A stretch of 28,540 bases of DNA from Pseudomonadota bacterium (GTDB taxonomy: Bacteria; Bdellovibrionota_B; Oligoflexia; Oligoflexales; CAIYRB01), in contig JANOTL010000055.1 in the NCBI GenBank assembly GCA_031416315.1, forward strand, positions 1 through 28,540, written 5' to 3'. The position numbers and the translations under genes were made by a program. The notes beneath the pieces were generated by a model. It was not told where the DNA came from, did not search any database, and saw only the letters and a list, made by a program, of their open reading frames with translations. How positions within the stretch are numbered: the first letter of the stretch is position 1; every line of letters begins with the position of its first letter. This document shows positions 28,036 through 28,540 of the stretch, piece by piece.

Positions 28036-28051
28036 TGGTGCGAGCCTTGCA
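28036..28051 (+). promoter_or_regulatory. Sigma-54 -24/-12 promoter
   Basis: TGGTGC-GAGCC-TTGCA with GG-N10-GC spacing; GGAGG at 28072-28076 and ATG at 28087 follow. Confidence 0.7.
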
Positions 28052-28086
28052 TCCTCGGCAGCGGACTGCTGGGAGGCTCACGACTC

Positions 28087-28540
28087 ATGCTCGAGAGCAT
28101 CAAGACGCGCCAGACGCCGCCCAAAGCGCGTCCACGCGCCAATCAATTTCGCGACGACATCTTGCAAGGCCTGCGCGCCATGCCGAAGGCCATTCCGGGG
28201 TATCACCGGATCGACGCGCGCGGCTCCGCCTTGATGGAGATGATCCTCGCGACTTACGACCAAGCGCCGGAGCGGTGGGAGCTCGAGCTGCTCGAGGAGC
28301 ATGGCCGAGAAATCGCGCAAATCGCGGGTCCAGGCGTCGACGTCGTCGAGATCGGCGGGATGACGGGCGCGCGGGCCCGCCGGATCGTGAGTAAGCTCGC
28401 GGCACCCCGGAGCTATATTCCGGTCGGCCCGGGGCACGAGGGCGTCTCGGCGGCGGGGGGGCGACGGGCGGCCGGCGAGACCACAACAGCCTGGGTCTTC
28501 GGATGCTACCGGTGGTCGCGGGTGCCCGCCCCCGCGCGCC
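28087..28540 (+). CDS. Degenerate EgtD-like (histidine methyltransferase family) protein, partial, possibly frameshifted
   Basis: Translated by hand: FRDDILQGL..PKAIP....DARGSALME...ELELLEEHGREIA..GPGVDVVEIG...PRSYIPV follows the EgtD N-terminal pattern; runs off the right edge. Confidence 0.7.
   Translation, partial: MLESIKTRQTPPKARPRANQFRDDILQGLRAMPKAIPGYHRIDARGSALMEMILATYDQAPERWELELLEEHGREIAQIAGPGVDVVEIGGMTGARARRIVSKLAAPRSYIPVGPGHEGVSAAGGRRAAGETTTAWVFGCYRWSRVPAPAR

Overview
High-GC bacterial chromosomal window. The gene content (TIGR02147-type regulator, several lipoproteins, sigma-54 and sigma-28 promoter motifs, flbD-motA-motB) suggests a Bdellovibrionota/Oligoflexia-like organism; this is inference only. 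Left to right: a left-truncated protein with three zinc-finger-like repeats (absent from the ORF track), an orphan NtrC-family activator, a lysophospholipid acyltransferase, a lipoprotein divergent from a TIGR02147-family gene, a membrane protein, a lipoprotein fusing a PNK-3'-phosphatase-like HAD domain to an EEP domain, two small related membrane proteins, a four-gene Dlt-like acylation cassette (SGNH-like, MBOAT, fatty acyl-AMP ligase, ACP), a secreted FlgT-C-like/beta-barrel-like protein, spoVR-yeaH-prkA, a ferritin-like/CsbD/OmpA-like stress operon, prfB with its +1 programmed frameshift, a DUF1554-like lipoprotein, flbD-motA-motB, a TPR protein and a right-truncated degenerate EgtD-like gene. 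Most notable: (1) the non-coding DNA at 8190-8413 is a mosaic of diverged fragments of the genes flanking the cassette, in the order expected for a collapsed duplication or integration scar; (2) the cassette is a complete FAAL-ACP-MBOAT(FIYFQF acyl-shuttle tail)-SGNH envelope acylation pathway; (3) a bacterial protein carries tandem C-x2-C-x12-C-x3-C fingers. All family assignments come from reading motifs by eye; no database search was run.
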